Shown here: in pieces, positions 38,090 through 48,282 of the stretch
Layout of the letters: each line of letters opens with the position of its first letter
How positions within the stretch are numbered: position 1 is the first letter of the stretch
DNA from: Oscillospiraceae bacterium
GTDB taxonomy: Bacteria; Bacillota; Clostridia; Oscillospirales; CAG-272
Direction of reading: 5' to 3'
DNA: 64,000 nt
Assembly: GCA_015065385.1 (NCBI GenBank)
Contig: SVQK01000110.1
Coordinates: forward strand, 150,204 to 214,203
The notes under the pieces: generated by a model
What the model was told of the DNA's origin: nothing
Seen by the model: the letters and a program-made list of their open reading frames with translations, nothing else
The model's database searches: none
Made by a program: the position numbers and the translations under genes

Positions 38090-38698
38090 ATGAGCATTCG
38101 GCAGAACGACCGAAACTACACCCCGGAAGACAGAGCGGCCTTTCCTGTCAGCTGCGCTGCAAGGGACGCCCTGTGCAAGCTCTCGGAGCGGTTCATCGGC
38201 GAATATGAAGCCGCCCTGAGATCCGTACCGAAGGACAGCAGGCTCGAAAAACGCGCGCTGTCCATCCAACTCAATATGGCGAAACTCACGCGGACGTTTC
38301 TGTGCTTCAACTACAACCGCGTACCGATGAAGGAGCAGCACAAGGTTCAAAAGATCCTTCTTCAGCGCTTCGGCAACGGGGAACCGGATGATCCCGCATA
38401 CGCCGCGCTGTCTGAGGACGGGAAAACCGCATGGGTTCAGTTTGCCGAACCGACCGCATTCCTCCATCAGGCCTTTATCGACCGGCATATCGAAAAGCTC
38501 AAAGCTGCCCATGAATCCGGAGACGCGGATCAGGTCTTTGAGAGCAGGATCGTTCTCGGAACGCTGTACACGATCCTGAGAGAGTGGCTCGCGTGGTGGA
38601 GGGAACACGGGCCCTATCCCTTCGAACGCTGGACCTATGAGGACGTACCGTGGGAGCAGAACGGCGCGGACGCTCCGGACGGTTCGGAGGAGGGATGA
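38090..38698 (+). CDS. Hypothetical 202-aa cytoplasmic protein
   Basis: I trimmed to the ATG at 38090, which has a GGGAGGTG RBS. The product looks all-helical. Its stop at 38696-38698 lies 1 nt from the next ATG. Confidence 0.7.
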   Translation: MSIRQNDRNYTPEDRAAFPVSCAARDALCKLSERFIGEYEAALRSVPKDSRLEKRALSIQLNMAKLTRTFLCFNYNRVPMKEQHKVQKILLQRFGNGEPDDPAYAALSEDGKTAWVQFAEPTAFLHQAFIDRHIEKLKAAHESGDADQVFESRIVLGTLYTILREWLAWWREHGPYPFERWTYEDVPWEQNGADAPDGSEEG

Positions 38699-38699
38699 C

Positions 38700-39272
38700 A
38701 TGGTGGAGAACAACGCCACCGCGGTTTTCAAAGCGCTCGGAGACGAATCGCGCCTTGCCATCCTCCGGATCCTTCTGAAAGACGAATCCTATGTGGAGCT
38801 TCTGGCGTCCCGACTCGGGGTGACCAGCGCGACGGTCAGCTTTCATCTGAAAAAACTGGAAGCCGCGGGACTCGTATCCTGCCATCGCACGCAGTTCTAC
38901 CGGATCTATTCCGTCAACCGGGAGATTTTTGGCCAGACGCTGGAATCCCTGATCGGTCGGACGCCGGAGCCGGACGACGACACAAAGTACCGGGAATCGG
39001 TCATCAAGGCTTTCTTTGAAAACGGAAAGCTGACACAGATGCCCTCCCAGCGGAAAAAGCGGGAAATCGTCCTCCGCCACCTTCTTGCCGCGCTCGATCC
39101 GGAGAAGGAATACGGAGAGACAGAGCTCGACGCCTTCCTCGAAACCCGCAGCATCCCCGACTACTGCACTGTCCGGAGAGAAATGATCTCCTTCGGGCTG
39201 CTCACAAGGCGGAAAAACCCGGAGGGCGGGGGGGATTTGTACCGTCTGACCAATGCGGATAGAGAAAACTGA
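38700..39272 (+). CDS. ArsR/SmtB-family HTH regulator with a DUF2087-like C-terminal domain
   Basis: FKALGDESRLAILRILLKDESYVELLASRLGVTSATVSFHLKKLEAAGLV is an ArsR-type HTH. The C-terminus, KRKKREIVLRHLL...YCTVRREMISFGLL, resembles DUF2087. Confidence 0.85.
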   Translation: MVENNATAVFKALGDESRLAILRILLKDESYVELLASRLGVTSATVSFHLKKLEAAGLVSCHRTQFYRIYSVNREIFGQTLESLIGRTPEPDDDTKYRESVIKAFFENGKLTQMPSQRKKREIVLRHLLAALDPEKEYGETELDAFLETRSIPDYCTVRREMISFGLLTRRKNPEGGGDLYRLTNADREN

Positions 39273-39274
39273 CG

Positions 39275-39314
39275 AAAAAGGTACGGACCCATATCGGATC
39301 CGTACCCGTTTTTA
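39275..39314. terminator. Bidirectional intrinsic terminator shared by the ArsR operon and groEL
   Basis: GGTACGGA at 39280-39287 pairs with TCCGTACC at 39299-39306. An A run lies upstream and a T run downstream. Confidence 0.7.
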
Positions 39315-39340
39315 TATGCTTGAACCGGTTCGCCGCGGAA

Positions 39341-41008
<1,668 letters not shown>

Positions 41009-41013
41009 TCAGA

Positions 41014-41298
41014 TTACTCAACGATGGCGAGGATGTCGTTCTGCTTCACGATGTTGTATTCCACGCCGTCGCACTTGACTTCAGTTCCTGCGTACTTGGA
41101 GGTGATGACCTTGTCGCCGACCTTCACGGTCATGGTGACTTCCTTGCCGTCCACGATTCCGCCGGGGCCGACCGCGATCACTTCGGCAACCTGGGGCTTT
41201 TCCTTGGCCGCGCCGGGGAGCACGATACCGGTCTTGGTGGTCTCTTCCGCTTCGACAAGCTTCACGACAACTCTGTCTGCAAGAGGTTTCAGTGTCAT
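41014..41298 (-). CDS. groS: Co-chaperonin GroES
   Basis: The 94-aa product reads MTLKPLADRVVVK...GIVLPGAAKEKP. It lies directly upstream of groEL. Confidence 0.97.
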   Translation of the reverse strand: MTLKPLADRVVVKLVEAEETTKTGIVLPGAAKEKPQVAEVIAVGPGGIVDGKEVTMTVKVGDKVITSKYAGTEVKCDGVEYNIVKQNDILAIVE

Positions 41299-41348
41299 TT
41301 TAATCTCTCCTTCTTTATGCTAAAGTACATGATTGTTGGATCGAAGGT

Positions 41349-41375
41349 TTAGCACTCAAATTGACTGACTGCTAA
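41349..41375. promoter_or_regulatory. CIRCE (HrcA operator) upstream of groES
   Basis: TTAGCACTC-N9-GACTGCTAA has one mismatch to the consensus TTAGCACTC-N9-GAGTGCTAA. Confidence 0.85.
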
Positions 41376-41387
41376 CCTCGTGCCCTT

Positions 41388-41416
41388 ATTGTACGCCGGA
41401 GCGAAGGAAAAATCAA
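41388..41416 (-). promoter_or_regulatory. groESL promoter
   Basis: On the minus strand: TTGATT at 41416-41411, a 17-nt spacer, then TACAAT at 41393-41388. This sits 12 nt upstream of CIRCE. Confidence 0.6.
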
Positions 41417-41506
41417 GGGTTTTTTCAAGAGTTTACAATTTATTCACAAGGTCTGTTTGCGCAGAGCGGGCAGGAGAGTGCTAAACCGGTCTCTCCCGCA
41501 GGCGTG

Positions 41507-41539
41507 AAAAAGCTCCCCCGAAAGAGATCCGGAGGAGCT
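41507..41539 (-). terminator. Intrinsic terminator after the 41564-42517 lipoprotein gene
   Basis: AGCTCC at 41511-41516 pairs with GGAGCT at 41534-41539, with additional inner pairs. A T run follows on the minus strand. Confidence 0.5.
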
Positions 41540-41563
41540 GTGAAACCGGGAAAGCGAAACGTC

Positions 41564-42517
41564 TCAGCCGTTGTACGGAGCGCCGCCGATGGTGACCGTG
41601 CAGTTTTCGCTCTTCGAGACGGAGAAACCGTTCAGGGCGTTGTCCTCGACGTCGATGGAGACGGTACCGCCGTTGAAGTTGATCGATCCGTCGGACTTGA
41701 TGCCGTTGTTGGTGGAGTTCATGGAGACGGAGCCGCCGTTGAAGCTGACATAGGAGACGGCCTGAACCGCTTCGTCCTCGCTCATGATGTTGACCGTACC
41801 GCCGTTGATGGCGATATAGCCGACGGTCTGGTTGTCATAGTTGGTGGACTTGATGCCGTCGCGGAGGGCGTTGACCGTGATGGTGCCGCCGTCGATGACG
41901 AGATAGTCCTTGCCCTTGATGCCGTGACGGGCCGCGTCCACCTGAATCACGCCGGATGCGATCCTCAGGCCGTCCTTGGAGACGATGCCGTTGGAATAGT
42001 TGCCGTCCACGACGAGCGTGCCCGTGCCGTTGATGGTGAGGTCTTCCTTGGAGAAGAGCGCGCCGTCGGGCTCGTTGTCCTCGGGATTGTCGAACTTATA
42101 GACCGTGCCGTCCGTGAGGGTGTTGGTCGTTCCCTCGTAGAGCGTCAGGACGGCCTCCTGAGTCTTCTTGATGTAGATGCAGGCGCCGTCGTTGTTGGAG
42201 ATGTTGGCGTCCTTGAGGATGAGGGTCACGGTTCCGGCGTCCACGCAGTCCACATAGATCTGCCCGTCGTCGAGCGTACCGGAGATCAGATAGGTCCCGG
42301 CGCCTTGAATGCTGATTTTCCCGTCCTCGCCGACGTAGACGTGGGAGGAATCGCAGGTGGCAGTGGACCCCTGCAGGATGATCTCGGTTGCTTTTTTCTC
42401 AAGAACCGCGCCTGCGGTGGCCTGATCCTCGGGCTCGGATGAGGTGGAGCAGGAGGAGAAGAGAGCGGAGGCTGCGACGGTCAGTCCGGCAAGAATGAGA
42501 GCGAGCGTTTTCTTCAT
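41564..42517 (-). CDS. Lipoprotein with beta-helix-like repeats (carbohydrate-binding, Cthe_2159-like family)
   Basis: I trimmed to the ATG at 42517. The lipobox is ALFSSC. Repeated ...I.I.GGT..I....DGI. coils follow. The family assignment is from memory. Confidence 0.7.
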   Translation of the reverse strand: MKKTLALILAGLTVAASALFSSCSTSSEPEDQATAGAVLEKKATEIILQGSTATCDSSHVYVGEDGKISIQGAGTYLISGTLDDGQIYVDCVDAGTVTLILKDANISNNDGACIYIKKTQEAVLTLYEGTTNTLTDGTVYKFDNPEDNEPDGALFSKEDLTINGTGTLVVDGNYSNGIVSKDGLRIASGVIQVDAARHGIKGKDYLVIDGGTITVNALRDGIKSTNYDNQTVGYIAINGGTVNIMSEDEAVQAVSYVSFNGGSVSMNSTNNGIKSDGSINFNGGTVSIDVEDNALNGFSVSKSENCTVTIGGAPYNG

Positions 42518-42612
42518 ATTCTTTCGATGGTCCCCGTCGGAGGGGCTGATCCTTTCTGATTCTGTGATACGGTCAAATCGGCATAGCCAAAACTGTAGCT
42601 GCATATACGTTC

Positions 42613-42641
42613 ATTATACCCTTCCGGCTCGGGAATGTCAA
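42613..42641 (-). promoter_or_regulatory. Consensus sigma-70 promoter for the lipoprotein gene
   Basis: On the minus strand: TTGACA at 42641-42636, a 17-nt spacer, then TATAAT at 42618-42613. Confidence 0.65.
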
Positions 42642-42722
42642 GGACTTTCACCCGATATTCACTGAAAATTCAAGAAACCGACGCGGTTTGCAAAATGATC
42701 CCGCCGGCGGGAGCGGCGGAGG

Positions 42723-43073
42723 TCAGAATATGATCCACGCGCTGACGATCGGAGGGTCCGAGGTCTGCGTCTCTCCCCGGATCAGGGCGAGAAAAGGATC
42801 GCGTTCCGCATACGCTCCGGGATCCTTCACAAAGACTTTTACCGTCGAATAAGGCCCCGTTCTCAGCGACAGGCGTTCGATCCAGCGGAACAGCGCGGGG
42901 TTAGCAAGCTCCACGGTCACATAGCCGCCGTTCGCGGTTTGCTGCACAGCGGTCACCTCACCGATAAGCAGGCAGTCGGTCACAAAGGGAACGGCAAGGA
43001 TCAAGCAGACGAGAAAGGCGGTCAGAATGATCTTCACGCCGCGGATCTGTTTCGGTTTCAGTTCCCGTTTCAT
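42723..43073 (-). CDS. Small membrane-anchored hypothetical protein (116 aa)
   Basis: A GAGAGGA RBS is present. The product has one N-terminal TM segment, IILTAFLVCLILAVPFV. Confidence 0.6.
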   Translation of the reverse strand: MKRELKPKQIRGVKIILTAFLVCLILAVPFVTDCLLIGEVTAVQQTANGGYVTVELANPALFRWIERLSLRTGPYSTVKVFVKDPGAYAERDPFLALIRGETQTSDPPIVSAWIIF

Positions 43074-43096
43074 GACGGTCCTCTCTTCTTCGGGCT

Positions 43097-43528
43097 TTAT
43101 CCCCGGGGGTCGATTTCATAAATCGGAAAGGGGCCGTTTTGCCGTACGGAGATGCGGAGCAGGCCGTTGTCCTCCGCAAGGATCACGCAGTCCTGATAGA
43201 CCTCGAGTTGGTGGCCTCCGAAATCCGCTTTCAGATCGGCGGGAACGAACGGATTCTCGGGATACTCATAGGCGTGAATATCCTCGTACCGCCGTCCGTT
43301 CACGGTCACGGAGCCGGTGTAGTACGGCTTCCCGAAGAGGAGCGGGTGCCGTTTGAGATCCAGCACGAACTCCGCCGGCGCGGGATCCCCGTTCGTGACC
43401 GATTCCGCAATGCCGCTCCACGTCACGGCGCGGTTGTTCGAAACATACCAGAAGACAACGGAGAAAAGAACGACAACAAACGCCGCCGCTGCGACGATCA
43501 GCGCCCGGGCTCTTCTGCTCAGTTCCAT
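43097..43528 (-). CDS. Small membrane-anchored hypothetical protein (143 aa)
   Basis: A GGAGGTG RBS is present. The product has one N-terminal TM segment, ALIVAAAAFVVVLFSVVFWYV. Confidence 0.65.
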   Translation of the reverse strand: MELSRRARALIVAAAAFVVVLFSVVFWYVSNNRAVTWSGIAESVTNGDPAPAEFVLDLKRHPLLFGKPYYTGSVTVNGRRYEDIHAYEYPENPFVPADLKADFGGHQLEVYQDCVILAEDNGLLRISVRQNGPFPIYEIDPRG

Positions 43529-43610
43529 GAAGAAAACACCTCCGGAAGGAAATCTCGTCCATTAGACGGCGGAAAACGGGAAAAGTTCCCCGCCCTGTCT
43601 CCGTTGTCCG

Positions 43611-43647
43611 AAAAAAGGCGGAGGAACGTGTGTGTACGTTCCTCCGC
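43611..43647 (-). terminator. Intrinsic terminator after hydA
   Basis: GCGGAGGAACG at 43618-43628 pairs with CGTTCCTCCGC at 43637-43647, an 11-bp stem. A T6 run follows on the minus strand at 43616-43611. Confidence 0.8.
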
Positions 43648-43664
43648 AGGGGATTCTGAAAGGA

Positions 43665-45410
43665 TCAGAGACCTCTCTTCACATAGTGGGTGTGAAGCAG
43701 CTCGTGGGACTTGTGGGAGTTGGGCTCGCCGAGGAATTCCTCGTAAACCTTCTTGATGATCGGGTTATCGTGGGACTTCCGGTACTCGAGCTTGTTCGCG
43801 TCGGCGTTGTACAGAACAGAGGCGCGGACCTTCTTGAGATCCACCTTGTTCCGAACGTCCGCGGGCTGAGTGGGCTGACCGCCGCCGTTGACACATCCGC
43901 CGGGGCAGGCCATGACTTCGATGAACTGCACGTCGTAGGTGCCGTCCTTCACGCCGTTCAGCAGCTTCTTCGCGTTGGCCGTGCCGGAAGCGACCGCAAC
44001 CTTGAGCTCCAGATCGCCGATCTTGTAAGCGGCGAACTTGAGGCCTTCGGTGCCGCGGACGTCTTCGAAGTCGAGCTTCTCAAGCGGCTTGCCGGTGAGC
44101 ACTTCCGCCGCGGTTCTGAGCGCAGCTTCCATAACGCCGCCGGTAGCACCGAAGATCGCGCCCGCGCCGGAACCGATGTCGATGGGCTGGTCGAACTTCT
44201 CGTCCGCGAGGGCCTTGAAGTCAATGCCGGCCTGATTGATCATGCGGCCCAGTTCACGGGTGGTCACGGCGATATCCACGCCGGGCATGCCGTTCACGTC
44301 CTGACCGTCGCGGCCGACTTCGAACTTCTTCGCGGTGCAGGGGATGGCGGAGACGAAGACGATGTCCTTGGGATCGAGGCCCATCTTCTCGGCGAAGTAG
44401 GTCTTGTACATCGCGCCGAACATCTGCTGCGGGGACTTGCAGGTGGAGAGATTGTCCACGAATTCCGGGAAGTAGTGCTCGCAGTACTTGACCCATCCGG
44501 GAGAGCAGGAGGTCATCATGGGCAGCTTGCCGCCGTTCTGGACGCGGCCAATGAACTCGTACGCCTCTTCCATGATGGTCAGGTCGGCGGTGAAGTTCAT
44601 GTCGTAAACGCCGTCGAAGCCGAGCTTCTTGAGCGCCGCGACCATCTTGCCCTCGCAGTCCGTGCCGGGCTCGTAGCCGAAGCATTCGCCGATGGTGGCG
44701 CGGACGGAAGGAGCGCAGCAGATGGCAACATGCTTGGTGGGATCGGACAGAGCGTCGAAGATCTTCTGGGTGTCGTCATGCTCGTACAGCGCGCCCACGG
44801 GACATGCGACGATGCACTGGCCGCAGTTGATGCAGGAGGTCTCGGCGAGCGGCTTCTCAAACATGGTGGCAACCTTGGAGTCGTAGCCGCGGTTCACCAC
44901 GCGGATCGCGGAAATGCCCTGGAGCTTTTCGCAGGCGGCAGCGCAGCGGCGGCACAGGATGCACTTGTTGTTGTCGCGGATGATGGAGGGGCTGGACGCG
45001 TCGATGGGCTCCAGATTCTCCTTCGGGGAGTAGCAGAACTTCGTCTCATCGCACTTGTATTCCTGAGCCAGCTTCTGGAGCTCGCAGGTGGTGGAACGGA
45101 TGCAGGAGAGACATTTCTTTTCGTGAGCGGAGAGAACCAGCTCGAGGTTCGTCTTGCGGATCTGACGGATCTTCGGAGAGTTGGTGGTGATCTCCATGCC
45201 CTCATTGACGGGATATACGCAGGCCGCAACGAGTCCGCGGGCGCCCTTCACTTCCACAAGGCAGAGCCGGCAAGCGCCGATCTGATTGACGTCCTTCAGG
45301 TAGCACAGCGTGGGGATATCGATGTTCGCATACCGACACGCTTCCAGTACGGTGACGTCGGACGGAACGGAATAATCCGCGCCGTTGATTTTAACATTAA
45401 CCATAGCCAT
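43665..45410 (-). CDS. hydA: [FeFe] hydrogenase catalytic subunit (HydA, M3-type, group A3-like)
   Basis: The N-terminus has a 2Fe-2S domain plus Fe-S cluster motifs. L2 is IPCTAKKFE and L3 is EVMACPGGCVNGGGQP. L1 reads TSCSPGW instead of TSCCPxW (see findings). I trimmed the ORF to MAMVNVKING. Confidence 0.93.
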   Translation of the reverse strand: MAMVNVKINGADYSVPSDVTVLEACRYANIDIPTLCYLKDVNQIGACRLCLVEVKGARGLVAACVYPVNEGMEITTNSPKIRQIRKTNLELVLSAHEKKCLSCIRSTTCELQKLAQEYKCDETKFCYSPKENLEPIDASSPSIIRDNNKCILCRRCAAACEKLQGISAIRVVNRGYDSKVATMFEKPLAETSCINCGQCIVACPVGALYEHDDTQKIFDALSDPTKHVAICCAPSVRATIGECFGYEPGTDCEGKMVAALKKLGFDGVYDMNFTADLTIMEEAYEFIGRVQNGGKLPMMTSCSPGWVKYCEHYFPEFVDNLSTCKSPQQMFGAMYKTYFAEKMGLDPKDIVFVSAIPCTAKKFEVGRDGQDVNGMPGVDIAVTTRELGRMINQAGIDFKALADEKFDQPIDIGSGAGAIFGATGGVMEAALRTAAEVLTGKPLEKLDFEDVRGTEGLKFAAYKIGDLELKVAVASGTANAKKLLNGVKDGTYDVQFIEVMACPGGCVNGGGQPTQPADVRNKVDLKKVRASVLYNADANKLEYRKSHDNPIIKKVYEEFLGEPNSHKSHELLHTHYVKRGL

Positions 45411-45432
45411 TTTATCTGTATCCGACCCTTTC

Positions 45433-47259
45433 TTATTTCTTGAAGATAGCGCCAAACTTGCAGTTGTCGATACAAGCGCCGCACTTCACGCACTTGGACG
45501 TATCGATGACGAGATAGGGCAGCTTCTTGCCTTCCTTGACCTCGTTCTTCGCGTTGACGGAGATCGCGTTCCCGGGGCAGTTCTTCATGCAGAGCTTGCA
45601 GCCCTTGCACTTGTCTTCATCAATGACGTAGCTGAGCAGCTTCTTGCACACGCCGGCGGGGCATCTCTTTTCCACGATGTGGGCGATGTACTCGTCGCGG
45701 AAGAAGCGGAGGGTGGACAGAACCGGGTTCGGCGCGGTCTGGCCGAGAGCGCAGAGAGAAGCGGACTTGATGTAGTTGGCGAGCTCTTCGAGCTTGTCGA
45801 GGTCTTCCATCTCGCCGTTGCCGTCGGTGATCTTGTTCAGGATCTCGAGCAGGCGCATCGTGCCGATCCGGCAGGGAGAGCACTTGCCGCAGGATTCGTC
45901 AACGGTGAATTCGAGGAAGAACTTCGCCATATCGACCATGCAGGTGTCCTCGTCCATGACGATCAGACCGCCGGAACCCATCATGCAGCCCATCTTGACA
46001 AGGTTGTCGTAGTCGATGGGAGTGTCGATGAGGGAGGCGGGGATACATCCGCCGGAAGGACCGCCGGTCTGGGCAGCCTTGAACTTCTTGCCGTTCGGAA
46101 CGCCGCCGCCGATGTCCTCGATGATTTCGCGCAGGGTGGTGCCCATGGGAATCTCGACAAGGCCGGTGTTCTTGATCTTGCCGGTGACGGCGAAGACCTT
46201 CGTGCCCTTGGAGCCTTCGGTGCCCATGGAGGCGAACCAGTCGGCGCCCTTCATGATGATCTGGGGAATGTTCGCCCAGGTCTCGACGTTGTTCACGATG
46301 GTCGGCTGGCCCCACAGACCCTTGACGGCCGGGAACGGAGGTCTCGGTCTGGGCTCGCCGCGATTACCCTCGACAGACGTCAGAAGAGCGGTCTCCTCGC
46401 CGCAGACGAACGCGCCCGCGCCGAGACGGATGTGAATATCAAAGTTGAAGCCGGTGCCGAAGATATCGTTGCCGAGGAGGCCGTATTCGTGAGCCTGCTG
46501 GATGGCGATCTTCAGTCTGTTGACGGCGATCGGATACTCCGCGCGGACGTAGATCCAGCCTTCGTCGGCTCCGATGGCATAACCGGCGATGGTCATGGCC
46601 TCGAGAACGACGTGCGGGTCGCCTTCCAGAACGGAACGGTCCATGAACGCGCCCGGGTCGCCTTCGTCGGCGTTGCAGACCACATACTTCTTATCGGAAA
46701 CGGAGGCCTTTGCGAAGGACCACTTCCGGCCCGTCGGGAATCCGCCGCCGCCTCTGCCTCTCAGGCCGGACTTGGAGATCTCGTTGATGACGTCGTCCGG
46801 CGTCATCTCGGTGAGGACCTTGTTCAGGGCGAAATAGCCGTCCATGGCGATGTATTCGTCGATGGATTCGGGGTTGATGACGCCGCAGTTTCTCAGGGCG
46901 ACGCGGTGCTGCTTCTTGTAGAAAGCGGTGTCGCTCAGGGAGATCTCGTTGATGGGCTTCTTTTCCTCCTCGCCGGTGTCGGTGTAGGCCAGACGCTCGA
47001 CGATACGGCCCTTCAGGAGGTGCTCGGAGACGATCTCGGGAACATCCTCGGGCGTGACGCGGGAGTAGAAGGTCCCTTCCGGATAGATGATCATGATGGG
47101 ACCGTGCTCGCAGAGGCCGAAACATCCGGTCTGAACGATCTTGACTTCTTCTTCGAGACCTTTTTCCTTCAGTTCCACGGCCAGCTTTTCGCGGATGGCC
47201 TTACTGCCGGAAGAGGTACATCCCGTTCCGCCGCAGACCAGTACATGTGAACGAATCAT
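45433..47259 (-). CDS. hydB: NADH-binding flavoprotein subunit of bifurcating-type hydrogenase (NuoF-like HydB/HndC)
   Basis: GRGGGGFPTGRKW is the FMN/NADH motif. There is an N-terminal thioredoxin-like 2Fe-2S domain and a C-terminal 2x[4Fe-4S] domain (CKGCKLCMKNCP and CVKCGACIDNC). Confidence 0.95.
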   Translation of the reverse strand: MIRSHVLVCGGTGCTSSGSKAIREKLAVELKEKGLEEEVKIVQTGCFGLCEHGPIMIIYPEGTFYSRVTPEDVPEIVSEHLLKGRIVERLAYTDTGEEEKKPINEISLSDTAFYKKQHRVALRNCGVINPESIDEYIAMDGYFALNKVLTEMTPDDVINEISKSGLRGRGGGGFPTGRKWSFAKASVSDKKYVVCNADEGDPGAFMDRSVLEGDPHVVLEAMTIAGYAIGADEGWIYVRAEYPIAVNRLKIAIQQAHEYGLLGNDIFGTGFNFDIHIRLGAGAFVCGEETALLTSVEGNRGEPRPRPPFPAVKGLWGQPTIVNNVETWANIPQIIMKGADWFASMGTEGSKGTKVFAVTGKIKNTGLVEIPMGTTLREIIEDIGGGVPNGKKFKAAQTGGPSGGCIPASLIDTPIDYDNLVKMGCMMGSGGLIVMDEDTCMVDMAKFFLEFTVDESCGKCSPCRIGTMRLLEILNKITDGNGEMEDLDKLEELANYIKSASLCALGQTAPNPVLSTLRFFRDEYIAHIVEKRCPAGVCKKLLSYVIDEDKCKGCKLCMKNCPGNAISVNAKNEVKEGKKLPYLVIDTSKCVKCGACIDNCKFGAIFKK

Positions 47260-47280
47260 AGGTGTTTTTTCCTCCTGTAA

Positions 47281-47652
47281 TTAGAGCTGGGTCGCCCCGA
47301 TGGTGTATTCAGCGACGGGAGTACCGCCCTTGATGTGCTTCTCGATGACTTCCTTCGCCTTTTCCGCGGTCATCTTGACGTAGGTGGTCTTTTCCCTGTC
47401 CTTCTCGAAGACCTCGACCACGGGCTCGTACTGGCAGATGCCGATGCATCCGGTCTGGGTGACGATGACGTCGGAGGACAGTCCGGCTTCGGATATGCCC
47501 TCAACGAACGCGTTCAGAACGGGACGCGCGCCGGCGGCGATTCCGCAGGTAGCCATGCCCACGACGATCCGGGTGCTGCCGGACGAGGTGCGCACGGAAA
47601 CGCGGTCGGCCATCTTGTTCTTGATTGCCTGGAGCTCTGCAAGAGATTTCAT
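47281..47652 (-). CDS. Thioredoxin-like [2Fe-2S] ferredoxin (HndB/HydD-like)
   Basis: The 123-aa product contains GMATCGIAAG and TGCIGICQYEP. Confidence 0.85.
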   Translation of the reverse strand: MKSLAELQAIKNKMADRVSVRTSSGSTRIVVGMATCGIAAGARPVLNAFVEGISEAGLSSDVIVTQTGCIGICQYEPVVEVFEKDREKTTYVKMTAEKAKEVIEKHIKGGTPVAEYTIGATQL

Positions 47653-47712
47653 GGTGTGGATCCTTTCATATGTGGATTAAAGAATAAACTAAAGAATTTG
47701 GCAAAAGCCCGT

Positions 47713-48282
47713 TCAGCTCTGCGCCACAGGATGCCCGAGCTCGTCGTACTGTTCTCTGAGATACTGGCCGATCCACATGAGAACGTCGGGTTCGGACAGC
47801 GGGATCTCTTCGCCGAGAGTCTCGCGGATGGCTGCGCAGGACAGCTCCACCGTCCCGTTCGGGAAGATGTGGTTGAACGTGAAATTCACGTCCGGCGCGC
47901 CCTGAATCAGCGTCTTGATCGTCTCCACGATATCGCCGAGCGGGATGAAGTCGATGTGGTTCTTTCCGAACTTGGCTTCGGTCTTCGTCCCGTGATGAGG
48001 GGAGACGGATTCATGTACGGAGGTGACGGTGACGAATCCTCCCGTCATTTCCGCCAGCATGGTGAGGAAGGGGATCCCGAGTCCCACCTTCCGGGTCTTC
48101 CGGGTGGTGAAGAAGGGATCGGTCAGCTTTTTCAGCTGTTCCTCCGTCATGCCGCAGCCGTTGTCCTCCACGGTGAACCAGAGCCATTCGCCGTCTTCCC
48201 GGAGGGTGATGGTGATTTCCGTGGCGCCGGCGCGGACGGAGTTCATGGTAATGTCAAGGACATACAGGGAGAGCTCATCCAT
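47713..48282 (-). CDS. Stand-alone histidine-kinase-like ATPase (HATPase_c) protein
   Basis: The N-box is ITMNSVRAG, the G1 box is DNGCGM, and the G2 box is GLGIP. There is no DHp/His domain. Confidence 0.8.
   Translation of the reverse strand: MDELSLYVLDITMNSVRAGATEITITLREDGEWLWFTVEDNGCGMTEEQLKKLTDPFFTTRKTRKVGLGIPFLTMLAEMTGGFVTVTSVHESVSPHHGTKTEAKFGKNHIDFIPLGDIVETIKTLIQGAPDVNFTFNHIFPNGTVELSCAAIRETLGEEIPLSEPDVLMWIGQYLREQYDELGHPVAQS

Noticed and set aside
41476-41487. A second complete CIRCE element upstream of groESL.
   Set aside because: Only one arm is present. The sequence 9 nt upstream (around 41458-41466) does not resemble TTAGCACTC.
43632-47250. Plus-strand ORFs of 603 aa and 621 aa opposite hydA and hydB.
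   Set aside because: These are antisense shadows with G/A/V/D/L-rich repetitive composition. The minus-strand products carry unambiguous hydrogenase and NuoF motifs.
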